DNA of 40,318 nt from Gemmatimonadaceae bacterium (GCA_031365555.1 JANLYJ010000436.1:1-40318), one strand, 5' to 3'; counted from the stretch's first letter, positions 9,484 through 18,892 are shown. The notes: a model not told the origin generated them from the letters alone. Translations and numbers: made by a program.

Positions 9484-10364
9484 AGACCCAGACTGCTTGC
9501 TCGCGGCGGATCCTGCGAATAGTCGTAGAAACCTTTCCCGCTCTTCTTTCCGTACATCCCCGCGAGCACCATTCGTTTGAGAAGAGGCGGTGGGGCGTAC
9601 CGCTTTTCTCGATACTCCTCGAACATGATCTCGGCAATCTTGTAAACCGTATCGAGTCCCACGAAATCAAGCAGGACGAAAGGTCCCATCGGATGCCCGG
9701 CACCGAGCTGCATTCCCTTGTCGATATCCTCGATGGTTGCAACGTTGGACTGAAGCGCGTTAATCGCATCGAGCATGTACGGCACGAGCAGCAAATTCAC
9801 GACGAAGCCGGAATTGTCTTTCGCACTGATCGGCTCCTTCCCGACTGCTTTCGCGAATGCAAAAACAGCATCGAAAGTCTCGGGGCTCGTTGTGACTGTC
9901 CGCACAACTTCTACAAGCTTCATCAACGGGACTGGATTGAAGAAGTGCAGGCCGAGCATTCTGTCCGAACGCTTCGTCGCGGCGGCCATCGCCGCGATAG
10001 TAAGGCTCGATGTGTTTGAAGCGAAAATCGTATGCGGCGGGCACAGGTCGTCGAGCTCCTTCCAGAGCACGTTCTTCAGAGCGAGATCCTCGACGACTGC
10101 TTCGATGATCAGATCGCAGTCCTTGAGCGCAGCAACATCGGTGACAAAGGACAAATTCTTCGTAGTCGCGTCCCGCTGCTCTGCGGTAACCTTTCCCTTT
10201 TCAATTCCCTTCGCGAGCGTCTTTTCGATGTTGCCGCGAGCCTTGGCCGCGAGCGCATCGGACATTTCACGCACTACAGTCGTATAACCTGCAGCTGCGC
10301 ACACCTGGGCGATTCCGCTACCCATAAGGCCGCCGCCGAGGACTCCCACTTTCTTTATTGTCAT
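9480..10364 (-). CDS. 3-hydroxybutyryl-CoA / 3-hydroxyacyl-CoA dehydrogenase
   Basis: GGGLMGSGIA Rossmann motif, SNTSS, HFFNP, HPMGP, DFVGLD, GKKSGKGFY. Confidence 0.95.
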   Translation of the reverse strand: MTIKKVGVLGGGLMGSGIAQVCAAAGYTTVVREMSDALAAKARGNIEKTLAKGIEKGKVTAEQRDATTKNLSFVTDVAALKDCDLIIEAVVEDLALKNVLWKELDDLCPPHTIFASNTSSLTIAAMAAATKRSDRMLGLHFFNPVPLMKLVEVVRTVTTSPETFDAVFAFAKAVGKEPISAKDNSGFVVNLLLVPYMLDAINALQSNVATIEDIDKGMQLGAGHPMGPFVLLDFVGLDTVYKIAEIMFEEYREKRYAPPPLLKRMVLAGMYGKKSGKGFYDYSQDPPRASSLGL

Positions 10365-11164
10365 TTCAGCCGTTTGAGTCCGGAATGTTCGAGACGATCA
10401 AGAGCCTGCTCGAGCGCGAGTTGAACGCGTGAGTACACATTGCGATGGCGCCGGGCAACTTCATAAGCGACAAGTCCGCCCACAGCAATTGGAACGACTG
10501 CCAGGCCTGCGCTCAGAACTATTGCCATGTGTGCAATCGTGGCAACGCCAAACACGCTGAACCCTCCAATCGCGCCGGCTGTCGCAGCGGCTCCGCTTCC
10601 CTTGAGTCTTAAAGAGCGGCTTTCGCGAAGATCTGCGTCCAGCCGGACCACAACTTTCTTGACGTCTACAGCGACGACCGTTGCCGCCACTGTCTCCGCT
10701 TTGCAAAGCTGAAAGCCTCGGCCGCTGACGTTCAGGCCACGGCGGATGACTCCAAAGACTCCTCCGCGCGCTTCCCAGACGATCCGGTCGCGAAAGCGTC
10801 GCTGTACCTGAAGACACTCTTCTCGCTGCATCGACCCGTCGAGTGCGAAGAGGACATCCGCAACGTTGCCATTCACTGTGCGGGATGCCGTCGCGACTGC
10901 AGGCCCGGCAATATTCGATACGAAGCCACCGCGCTCGGGAATCACGATTCGTGTTCGTTCTTCTGCGAGGGCCTGCGTCAGCATTGTGCGGCTGAGACCG
11001 ACTTCCTTACCGATTTCGAGGAGCTGGTCTTCGCTCAGAAGCTCGGTTGGATCGTCACCTGGTGATTCGGTCTGGAGCTCCGCTGCGCGCGCAAGCACTC
11101 GATCGAGTGTTGCGCGATCGAGTGTGGTTTTCTCGGGAACTGTGGGGAGCGGGTCCTTCGGCAT
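10361..11164 (-). CDS. Hypothetical membrane protein
   Basis: ATG at 11164; N-terminal RVLARAAELQ...LLEIGKEVG helical domain and two C-terminal TM segments; stop overlaps the next start. Confidence 0.75.
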   Translation of the reverse strand: MPKDPLPTVPEKTTLDRATLDRVLARAAELQTESPGDDPTELLSEDQLLEIGKEVGLSRTMLTQALAEERTRIVIPERGGFVSNIAGPAVATASRTVNGNVADVLFALDGSMQREECLQVQRRFRDRIVWEARGGVFGVIRRGLNVSGRGFQLCKAETVAATVVAVDVKKVVVRLDADLRESRSLRLKGSGAAATAGAIGGFSVFGVATIAHMAIVLSAGLAVVPIAVGGLVAYEVARRHRNVYSRVQLALEQALDRLEHSGLKRLK

Positions 11165-11199
11165 ACATAGAAGATAGCGCGTGCGAACAATGAACGAAT

Positions 11200-11324
11200 G
11201 CTCATGGCCGTCGGCCAACTACGCAGCCGGCGACCTGCCACCTGGAACTCGATGGCGGGTGGCCAACCGGACTAACGATCAGTACCGCTCGCCGCTCATC
11301 GCCAGCGAGCGGGCAGCCATGAGC
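11200..11324 (+). ncRNA. Candidate structured RNA (multi-branch), family unrecognised
   Basis: 9-bp closing stem GCTCATGGC/GCCATGAGC enclosing three 7-8 bp hairpins; wobble pairs are G-U on the + strand; followed by a U-rich tract. Confidence 0.4.
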
Positions 11325-11336
11325 GGTTGTTGTTTT

Positions 11337-12461
11337 TTAAACTCCGCCGAGCACCACGTCCAACTGCCTTGTGATCGCATCCCGAATCAAATCCGGAATT
11401 GGAAACGCCGCCGTCAACGACGTCATCGCATTGGATCCAACGGAACGGTTGGCACTGCGCAGATAGTAGCGGGCATATCCATCAACCAGTTCCGGAGCAA
11501 TTCGCTGGAGGAGCATCGCACCGGCCCGAACCGCAGCAGACGTTTCGTAACGAGTTCCAACTCCAGCTCGCTGCTCTGCTGGAGTGATGTTTTCATGAAC
11601 TGCCGCCTGCGCGAGCGGCCCCAGCGCAACTTCATGCGCAATCACATAGATCGCTTCATCTGCGGTTGCGACAGTGGATGGAAACGAAACACCGATAGTG
11701 TTCTGGAGTTTTCCTCCACCCAGCGAACGTCCCTCGCCATCGAGTGGAAGGGAAAGCAGGATGGTACCCGCGGGCTGACCGGTATTGTTGAGGAATCTTT
11801 GGAATTTTGCACGGTAATTGTTTTGCCACCTGTCATTCACCGCGGCTAGAACTGTTGCGCGTTCTGCCTGCTGCTGATCCCAGTATGAGCGGTAAAACTT
11901 GCTGTTTTCATCCCGAATCGACTGCGTGAATAAGCGCAGCCACTCCCGATCCGCCGGTGTCGAGAAGTATCCGCCCAGCAGTGCAATCAACTCGGCGACT
12001 TCACGACTGTTTGCGGCTTGTGGATTTCCCTGAGCCTGAAGAAAAATGTCGATCGCCTCGAGCATGTTGTCGAGCGACGAGAAATGCATCGGAACGAACT
12101 GCGCATTCACCAGGTCGCGGCTGATTGCAAATCTCGCTGCGAGCTTGGCGCGATTGGCGTCGAGCTGTGTTACCGCATTCGCGCGAGAGCGAGCCACCTG
12201 TAGCTCGGCCTTGTATCCCCGGCGAAAATATGGAACGACGGTGGTGTCTTCGGTGATCATCGCGAAGCCGTGCAGCCAGAGATCGACATGCTCACGCGTC
12301 GCGAGCGACCACGGTGCGCCCGCGGTGGAAAGGGTCTGTCCAGCCGATGCATCTGCCGGGGTTGGCCCGGTTCCTACTCCCCCGGCGCTTCCGCCGGAAG
12401 CGCACGCAGCGAGAATTCCTGAAAGACCGACTATACAAGTGCCGCGAATGACATTGCGCAT
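11337..12461 (-). CDS. Hypothetical lipoprotein
   Basis: Lipobox-type signal (GILAAC) followed by a Gly/Pro linker and a helical domain. Confidence 0.75.
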   Translation of the reverse strand: MRNVIRGTCIVGLSGILAACASGGSAGGVGTGPTPADASAGQTLSTAGAPWSLATREHVDLWLHGFAMITEDTTVVPYFRRGYKAELQVARSRANAVTQLDANRAKLAARFAISRDLVNAQFVPMHFSSLDNMLEAIDIFLQAQGNPQAANSREVAELIALLGGYFSTPADREWLRLFTQSIRDENSKFYRSYWDQQQAERATVLAAVNDRWQNNYRAKFQRFLNNTGQPAGTILLSLPLDGEGRSLGGGKLQNTIGVSFPSTVATADEAIYVIAHEVALGPLAQAAVHENITPAEQRAGVGTRYETSAAVRAGAMLLQRIAPELVDGYARYYLRSANRSVGSNAMTSLTAAFPIPDLIRDAITRQLDVVLGGV

Positions 12462-12474
12462 TTCTTTCTCCGTT

Positions 12475-13677
12475 CTAATGCACTGATTCAATGACGAGAG
12501 CGATGCCCTGACCGCCCCCGATACAGGCAGACCCGATGCCAAATCGCTTTCCAGTGGACCTCAATCCATGCAGTAGATGGGCCGTAATACGCGCGCCCGA
12601 CGCGGCGAGAGGATGGCTGAGGGCAATGGCGCCGCCGCTGAGGTTGAATTTTTCACGTGGAATACCGAGCTCCTTCTCAACTGCGCAAGCTTGTGCGGCA
12701 AAGGCTTCGTTTACCTCAATGAGGTCCATCTGGTCGAGAGACATTCCCGCATCCGCCAACGCATTCTTTATTGCGGGTACGGGTCCGATACCCATGACAG
12801 ACGGGTCAACTCCGGCAATTCCCCAACCGATCAGCTTGCCGATTGGTTTCAGGCCATTAGCCGTGGCGTATTCTGCGGAGGCAATTACCATCGATCCCGC
12901 GCCGTCGCCAATTCCTGACGCGTTGCCGGCTGTTACGACACCGTCACCCTTGAAGACGGGCTTCAGTTTCGCGAGCCCTTCTGCGTTTGTCTCGGGACGT
13001 ATGTGTTCGTCGCGCTCAAAAAGTATTTCCTTCCCGCGGCTCCTTACCGGATATCCAACAACTTCGTCGCGGTACATGCCCGCATCCCATGCCTCGCGCG
13101 CGAGTGTCTGAGAACGCAGGGCAAAATCGTCGACATACTTTCGGTCCAGCTTGTATTGAGTCGCAAGATTCTCTGCAGTCTCTCCCATCGCGAGGTCGCA
13201 GTATGAGTCACGCAGGCTTTCCCACAGCAGATCGTCCAGTGTAGGAGCGCCGCCAAGCTTCACGCCCCACCGCAGTCCCCGCGCGACGTGCGGAGCCTGC
13301 GACATCGAGTCGGCACCGCCAACGAGGCACACGTCCGCGCGGCCAAGCAGAATTTCCTGGGCACCGCTTACCACCGCCTGGAATCCCGATCCGCAAAGTC
13401 TGTTTACGGTGAGAGCGGGAGTTTCAATTCTGCAGCCCGACTTGAGCGCAACATGACGCGAGAAGTAGATCGAGTCGCTCGTGGTGTAGAGCACATTTCC
13501 GAAGATCGTCTGATCGATTTGGGCAGCAGAAATCCCTGCACGTTCGATCGCAGCTTTGGACGCATGTACAGCGAGATCGACGGCGGGTACATCTTTCAGC
13601 GCGCCGCCGAAAGTGCCGAACGGCGTTCGCACTGCGGACAGAAATACAATTTCGCGTGTGCCTGACGGAGTTTTCAC
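12475..13677 (-). CDS. Acetyl-CoA C-acyltransferase (thiolase)
   Basis: NRLCGSG, TAGNASG, NEAFA, HPLAASG, CIGGGQG; probable GTG start at 13677. Confidence 0.95.
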   Translation of the reverse strand: MKTPSGTREIVFLSAVRTPFGTFGGALKDVPAVDLAVHASKAAIERAGISAAQIDQTIFGNVLYTTSDSIYFSRHVALKSGCRIETPALTVNRLCGSGFQAVVSGAQEILLGRADVCLVGGADSMSQAPHVARGLRWGVKLGGAPTLDDLLWESLRDSYCDLAMGETAENLATQYKLDRKYVDDFALRSQTLAREAWDAGMYRDEVVGYPVRSRGKEILFERDEHIRPETNAEGLAKLKPVFKGDGVVTAGNASGIGDGAGSMVIASAEYATANGLKPIGKLIGWGIAGVDPSVMGIGPVPAIKNALADAGMSLDQMDLIEVNEAFAAQACAVEKELGIPREKFNLSGGAIALSHPLAASGARITAHLLHGLRSTGKRFGIGSACIGGGQGIALVIESVH

Positions 13678-13679
13678 CG

Positions 13680-14303
13680 TTAGGCCGCGCTGCGTCCGCA
13701 GGTCACACAGAAGCGCCAGTTCTTGTCGAGCTCTGTTCCACATGCGGGACAATTGCGAACCGCCAGGTTTTGTCCGCAATGCGGGCAGTAGGTGACTGCG
13801 CGTCCGTCGGGCAGCGTGCCACCGCAGAACCTGCAGTTCTCGATTGAGCCGAGCTCACCTCCAGCTGCTTCGGCGCTCTGAGCCGGCACCGGCTGCTCGG
13901 CGGTCACTGTCGGTTTTTCAGTCACGGAGTCCGCCGCAGGGGCGGATTGCTTTGGAGCCGGATCCAGACCCATTGCCGCGAGCGCTTCTGGTGCGAGGTT
14001 CACCTTGGAGTTTGCGTAATCCCGAAATGCCCCGGTATCGGGAACTTTCTCTTTCTGGTTTGCGGAAAGCTTTTCCTGCATGGCGAGGTCACCGCGCAGG
14101 TACCCGCGCTCACCGGAAAGAATGCGCGACACCGCTGACTCGTAGTCCTGATTCGTTTCGATACCAAGCTCGCGGCGATGATGCCTGTACGGTACCAGGT
14201 CTTCATACAACTCCTGAACCGTGAATGGCATCGTCAGATATTCGGGGTGGCGCAGCCGAATGCTTTGCACGAGGCGCTGAAAGAGTCTGTCTAGATCATC
14301 CAT
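13680..14303 (-). CDS. Double zinc-ribbon domain protein
   Basis: Four C-terminal CxxC pairs (CRFC, CPHC, CPAC, CVTC) after a Pro/Ala linker. Confidence 0.85.
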   Translation of the reverse strand: MDDLDRLFQRLVQSIRLRHPEYLTMPFTVQELYEDLVPYRHHRRELGIETNQDYESAVSRILSGERGYLRGDLAMQEKLSANQKEKVPDTGAFRDYANSKVNLAPEALAAMGLDPAPKQSAPAADSVTEKPTVTAEQPVPAQSAEAAGGELGSIENCRFCGGTLPDGRAVTYCPHCGQNLAVRNCPACGTELDKNWRFCVTCGRSAA

Positions 14304-14905
14304 ATCCGTCTGCCAGGTTTAAAGGTTCCTTCGTCAGGAAATGGAGACGCATCAGTCAGCTTCGTCGCCTTTCCCTTGTTCGCAATCCATTCGTCAAATC
14401 CTGATAGTTCAAACCCGTCCGAGCTTGTCTGTTCCGCTGCCGCCCTCGTCGCCAGGAAGTTGGCGTATTCGTTCTGCGGGTGACCGCGGTGTCCCCGCAC
14501 CCAGCGCCACTCGACCTGGTGCGGCTCGATTGCACCAATCGCATCCTTCCAGAGCTCCAGATTCTCGATCGGTCCAGCCTTACGCTTCCAACCGCGCTCG
14601 ATCCATCCGTGAACCCAGGACGTCATTCCATCAACGATGTACCTCGAATCACTCGTGAAGACAACACGGAGGGATTTGCCTTTCCTCGACAGACCCCGGA
14701 ACGCTTCGCTGACTGACCTGAGCGCCATGCGGTTGTTGGTAGTGCCCGGTTCGGAAATCCAGAAGTCCCAACGCTGAATCGTTTCGGATCCCGGTTTCCT
14801 CCATTCTACGAGGCCACCTGCGCCTCCCGGATTGTCGCCCTCACGTCCATTCCCCAGGCAGGATTCGTCCGCGTACACAGCAACGAGCGGCCCTGCTGGT
14901 GTCAA
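14291..14905 (-). CDS. rnhA: Ribonuclease HI family protein with atypical active site
   Basis: D..CLGN..PGG.G, TTNNRM, SDSRY, W...GWK, N.ELW, WVRGH.GHPQNE motifs. Confidence 0.88.
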   Translation of the reverse strand: MTPAGPLVAVYADESCLGNGREGDNPGGAGGLVEWRKPGSETIQRWDFWISEPGTTNNRMALRSVSEAFRGLSRKGKSLRVVFTSDSRYIVDGMTSWVHGWIERGWKRKAGPIENLELWKDAIGAIEPHQVEWRWVRGHRGHPQNEYANFLATRAAAEQTSSDGFELSGFDEWIANKGKATKLTDASPFPDEGTFKPGRRIWMI

Positions 14906-15135
14906 CGCAAAACCTCCATGGCCGAAATCTCGTCCACGTATATCGTGATCTTTTCGCCAGTGGTAGGATGCACGGAATCAATCGCCTCTCGCCCACCTTC
15001 AACGCGAAGCCGGCTCGGCACAACCACAAACTCATTTCCCCTGCGGCTCACAGCAATCTTTTGCCCGCGCGAAATCGCATTCTCGAGTGAGTCGTAATCC
15101 TTCGTCGTAAAAGCTTTTGATTTCGATCGCTTCAT
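14902..15135 (-). CDS. Small hypothetical protein
   Basis: Fills the operon gap with 4-bp overlaps at both ends. Confidence 0.7.
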   Translation of the reverse strand: MKRSKSKAFTTKDYDSLENAISRGQKIAVSRRGNEFVVVPSRLRVEGGREAIDSVHPTTGEKITIYVDEISAMEVLR

Positions 15136-16286
15136 TCAGATAGCCAGTTGATTGCGAGGTGTTTCAGGATATTAGCTGCCTGTTCGATTTCCCGAACCTC
15201 GACAAACTCTTCCGCTGAATGTGCAAGACTTATGTCACCAGGGCCGAAGCACACGGCAGGCATTCCGGCCTGGTTGAACAGGGCGGCGTCGGTCCACGCG
15301 CTCAGCCCCTCGATGGGAGCATGTCTGCCTTCCGCGAGACACGCCCTTTCGAGTGCGACGACGATGGGTGCATCCACCTGCACATCGCTCGGCGGCTGAG
15401 ACGCACCCAGGGTGATCATCGCCTCGAAATCCTGTCGGCGCGTCCGTATTCCCTCGCACAGCAGTTCGATCTCGCTGAGTGCTTCGAGTGCAGTTTCACC
15501 GGGAATTGTTCGGCGCTCAACTCCAAGCTTGCAGTGGTCGGGGTAGGTAGAGTAGCCGGTGCCTCCTTCGATCCTGCTAGCGTGGATCGAAGGACGTCCA
15601 AGCAGCGGGTGCGATTTCTTCGGAAGTATCTCGTGCTCAAGACGATCCAACTCAGACAGAAGCAGTCCTGCGTGAGTAATCGCATCGATGCCGAGATCGT
15701 ACCGACTGCCATGTGCAGCGCGTCCCATGACGTGGATGTCGAACCATGCGAAGCCGCGATGAGCTGGACAAATGGCGAGACGGGTTGGCTCCGTGATTAC
15801 TACAGCGTCGGCGCGGACGCCACTCGCAATCAGTGCACGGGTGCCGAGGCTCTCGAACTCTTCATCTGCGACAGCGGCTACGACGATTTCCCCTGCGATT
15901 CCGGAGTCGTATGCGGCAAGTGCCGCCGCGCACATCGCGGCTATGCCGGCCTTCATGTCGGTAGATCCCCGACCGTAAAGTTTTCCCTGCTTGATAAGGG
16001 GGTCGAAGGGCGGGTGCGTCATCCCTTCAACTCCAACAACATCCAGGTGTCCGTTGAACATCAGCGTCTTTCCACCGGACGCGCCAATGCGCGCAACGAC
16101 ATTCGGTCTGTTGGGCGCGGCCTCTGACTGTTCGACGCGGAAGCCCCAGTCCCGAAGGACTGATGCGAGAAAACCCGCTGCCTCTGCTTCGCCGGGTGCA
16201 CCGGGAACGAGGAGCGGGTTTCGGGAGTCTATCGAAACGAGTGCGCGGGTGAGCGCTAGCGCATCACCACGATCAACCGCAGACAC
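15132..16286 (-). CDS. ArgE/DapE family M20 deacylase
   Basis: NGHLDVV, GRGSTDMK, DEE, EPT, AHG, AHSAEE. Confidence 0.93.
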   Translation of the reverse strand: MSAVDRGDALALTRALVSIDSRNPLLVPGAPGEAEAAGFLASVLRDWGFRVEQSEAAPNRPNVVARIGASGGKTLMFNGHLDVVGVEGMTHPPFDPLIKQGKLYGRGSTDMKAGIAAMCAAALAAYDSGIAGEIVVAAVADEEFESLGTRALIASGVRADAVVITEPTRLAICPAHRGFAWFDIHVMGRAAHGSRYDLGIDAITHAGLLLSELDRLEHEILPKKSHPLLGRPSIHASRIEGGTGYSTYPDHCKLGVERRTIPGETALEALSEIELLCEGIRTRRQDFEAMITLGASQPPSDVQVDAPIVVALERACLAEGRHAPIEGLSAWTDAALFNQAGMPAVCFGPGDISLAHSAEEFVEVREIEQAANILKHLAINWLSE

Positions 16287-16295
16287 CCGGCAGTC

Positions 16296-16865
16296 CTACT
16301 TTTTCTTTGCTTTCGCGCCGGAGCTTTTCTTCACTGCCGGTTTTGCCGCTTTCTTTGCAGCAGGTGCCTTGGCTGCAGGCTTCTTCGCCGGCGGAGCCTT
16401 CGCCACCGGCTTCTTTGCTACCGGTTTCTGGGGAGCCGCTGCAGGCTTCGAAGCGGGAGTCGATTTAGCTGCTGCTGCAGGTGCGGCCTTCGCCGGCGCC
16501 GAGCCCTTACGCTTGGACTGAAATTCTTCTGCTTCGCGAATCAGCTTGTCAGCTTCATCCTGAGTCATCTGTCCGCGGCGGACCATGTACTGAACGAGAT
16601 CGCGGGCGCTCTCGATTGCAAACCCGGTGAGTCCAGCTGCGGCGCTAACGACTTCCTTCATCGCAGCTGCCATTTTGCTGCCGGCTTCGAGGCTGATTTC
16701 ATGAGCTTTGGCCGCCATTTCGGCGACTGTATCCTTAACGTCGGCGCCCCGGTGGCCCGGGCTGCGCTTCGGCGGAATGGGGACGCCATTGGCATCCAGT
16801 GTTCCGGGAACCGGCGCAACCGGTGGTGTGGCAACAGCTGCAGGGGTCTTATCTTTTTCGGCCAT
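16296..16865 (-). CDS. Phasin-like protein with Ala/Lys/Pro-rich histone-like tail
   Basis: Helical core ending in MVRRGQMTQDEA; C-terminal KKPAAK/KKPVAK repeats. Confidence 0.7.
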   Translation of the reverse strand: MAEKDKTPAAVATPPVAPVPGTLDANGVPIPPKRSPGHRGADVKDTVAEMAAKAHEISLEAGSKMAAAMKEVVSAAAGLTGFAIESARDLVQYMVRRGQMTQDEADKLIREAEEFQSKRKGSAPAKAAPAAAAKSTPASKPAAAPQKPVAKKPVAKAPPAKKPAAKAPAAKKAAKPAVKKSSGAKAKKK

Positions 16866-17080
16866 ACTTTTTATTGGCTCCGCCAGCCGGCGTAGTGAGG
16901 TCGCCGCGGCTATCTATAGTTGGAGACTTCCATTGCCCGGGTTTGGTGCGTCGGGCGCGAACGGCGGTAAGTATATGATTTTACGTCACTAAAACAAGGT
17001 CACCTAGAAACAGCTTTTTTCAGGCCCTTTTGACGCCACTTACAGGACACTAAGCAATCACTATAGCGAAAGTACAGCCA

Positions 17081-18175
17081 TTGTCAGGCATAAAAGTGCT
17101 CGATTTGACCAGAATCCTCGCGGGTCCATACGCCGCAATGGTGCTGGGAGATTTGGGTGCATCGGTCATCAAGGTCGAACGCCCGATGAAAGGGGACGAT
17201 ACACGCGGGTGGGGGCCACCCTTCAATCATGCTCGTCAAAGCGCCTATTACCTGAGCGTCAATCGAAACAAGCTCAGCATCTCACTCAACCTCGACAGAC
17301 CGGCCGACACGCAGGTTGTTCGCAAGCTGATCGCCGAAGCAGACGTCGTTATTGAAAACTTTTTGCCGGGAACGCTGAGCAAGCGTCGGATCGATGCCGC
17401 GACGCTGCTGACCCGAAATCCAAAGCTGATCTGGTGCACGATCACCGGATTCGGTGCAGGCAGCTCCCGTCCGGGATATGACTTCGTTATCCAGGCTGAG
17501 TCCGGATGGATGGCTATTACTGGCGAGGCGGAAGGTGAGCCGATGAAAAGCGGTGTCGCCCTCGCTGATTTGATCGCGGGAAAGGACGCCGTCGCTGCCA
17601 TACTCGCGGCCCTCCTCGATCGCGCTCGCGGACCTGTTGCTGCCGAAGACCGGCGGATCTGGATTTCGCTCGCGCACAGTGCGACAGCCTCGCTGGTCAA
17701 CGTTGCTCAGAACGCACTTGTGTCTGGCAAGGATGCAAAGCGATGGGGGAACGCCCACCCGAATCTGGTGCCCTATCAGACATTTGCCGCGAGTGACCGT
17801 GCAATAGTTATCGCAGTTGGATCAGACGCTCAGTGGAAAGTGTGCGCGATGGCTCTTGGTTTGCCAAAGCTCGCTGCTAATCCCTCGCTCGCTACCAACG
17901 CCGGCCGACTCAAGAATCGAGGAAAGCTCGTTGCTCAGATGCAGGCGGTTATCGCCCGGCAAAGTGCATCACATTGGATGACGGTCCTCGATCGTGCGGG
18001 TATTCCGTGCGGTGAGGTCAGAACGGTGCGTGAAGCGCTAAAAAATGTAGATGCTTCGCCGCTCTATGGCGTTTCGCCGGCAATTCCTGGAACCGTGCGT
18101 CTTCCGCCGCCACTCCTGAACGAACATGGAGCCGAGATACGCAAGGTCGGCTGGAAAATATTTGAAGGGCTGTAG
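17081..18175 (+). CDS. CaiB/BaiF family III CoA transferase
   Basis: LDLTRILAGP, LGDLGA.VIKVE, GDDTR, NRNK.S, ENFLPG, GYDF..QA. Confidence 0.93.
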   Translation: MSGIKVLDLTRILAGPYAAMVLGDLGASVIKVERPMKGDDTRGWGPPFNHARQSAYYLSVNRNKLSISLNLDRPADTQVVRKLIAEADVVIENFLPGTLSKRRIDAATLLTRNPKLIWCTITGFGAGSSRPGYDFVIQAESGWMAITGEAEGEPMKSGVALADLIAGKDAVAAILAALLDRARGPVAAEDRRIWISLAHSATASLVNVAQNALVSGKDAKRWGNAHPNLVPYQTFAASDRAIVIAVGSDAQWKVCAMALGLPKLAANPSLATNAGRLKNRGKLVAQMQAVIARQSASHWMTVLDRAGIPCGEVRTVREALKNVDASPLYGVSPAIPGTVRLPPPLLNEHGAEIRKVGWKIFEGL

Positions 18176-18224
18176 CGGATGGATGAGTTCGCGTCAAAGT
18201 TCGCGATGAACGGTACTTTCTTTC

Positions 18225-18253
18225 TTGACGCAGGAACATCCGCACGCCATAAC
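18225..18253 (+). promoter_or_regulatory. Possible promoter of the ECF sigma gene
   Basis: TTGACG-N17-CATAAC, with an ECF-like GGAAC inside the spacer. Confidence 0.3.
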
Positions 18254-18307
18254 TAGACAAGCCATTCACGCTCGCCGGTTTTGCGCGTCTTCAGGAAAAG
18301 GATACTG

Positions 18308-18892
18308 GTGGTGACTGCTGAGCCGGAAAACACAGAACCGTTTGCTGATCCCGTTCCGGATCCGGATCAGGAAAACATTGCGCGTGTGCTCGGCGGATCG
18401 CGTGACGCGTTTGGCGCGCTGATAGCGCGCTACAGTGACCCCCTCTACCGTCACGCACTCGGAATGACCGGGTCTCCGGATGTGGCGGAAGACATTCTTC
18501 AAGCGTCGTTCATTAAAGCGTACCAGCACCTTGGCGAAGTAAGGGGTCGATTCGACGCATGGGTTTTTCGAATTGTCGCCAATGCGTGCAAGGACTGGCT
18601 GAAAAACATTCGGCGTTCTCACGTCAGCTACGAAGAAGACGATCAGCCTTCCACATTTTCAACACCAGAAGAGGAAATGGACCGCAGCGAGCTGCGGACT
18701 GATCTCGAGCGTGCGCTTGCGCGGCTAGCTCCCTCGCTGCGTGAAGCTTTTGTCATGAAACATGTTGAAGGAAGATCGTACGAAGAGATGGCGGCGCTGC
18801 TGGAAAGCACAGTTGGTGCGCTGAAAATGCGCGTACATCGCGCGCGAGAGACTTTGCAGGAACTCCTGGAGGAGAAGTACAATGACGCCTGA
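18308..18892 (+). CDS. ECF RNA polymerase sigma factor (start approximate)
   Basis: AEDILQ, W.FRI..N.C.D (region 2), EGRSYEEMA..L...GALKMRVHRAR (region 4). Confidence 0.92.
   Translation: MVTAEPENTEPFADPVPDPDQENIARVLGGSRDAFGALIARYSDPLYRHALGMTGSPDVAEDILQASFIKAYQHLGEVRGRFDAWVFRIVANACKDWLKNIRRSHVSYEEDDQPSTFSTPEEEMDRSELRTDLERALARLAPSLREAFVMKHVEGRSYEEMAALLESTVGALKMRVHRARETLQELLEEKYNDA

Noticed and set aside
11200-11324. tRNA or tRNA-Sec interpretation of the multi-stem element
   Set aside because: Too long, with no TTCRA T-loop and no proper anticodon arm.
15219-16127. 302-aa + strand ORF
   Set aside because: Antisense to the well-supported M20 deacylase.
16967-16981. IHF-like site in the divergent promoter region
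   Set aside because: One mismatch to a short degenerate consensus in AT-rich DNA; not distinguishable from chance.
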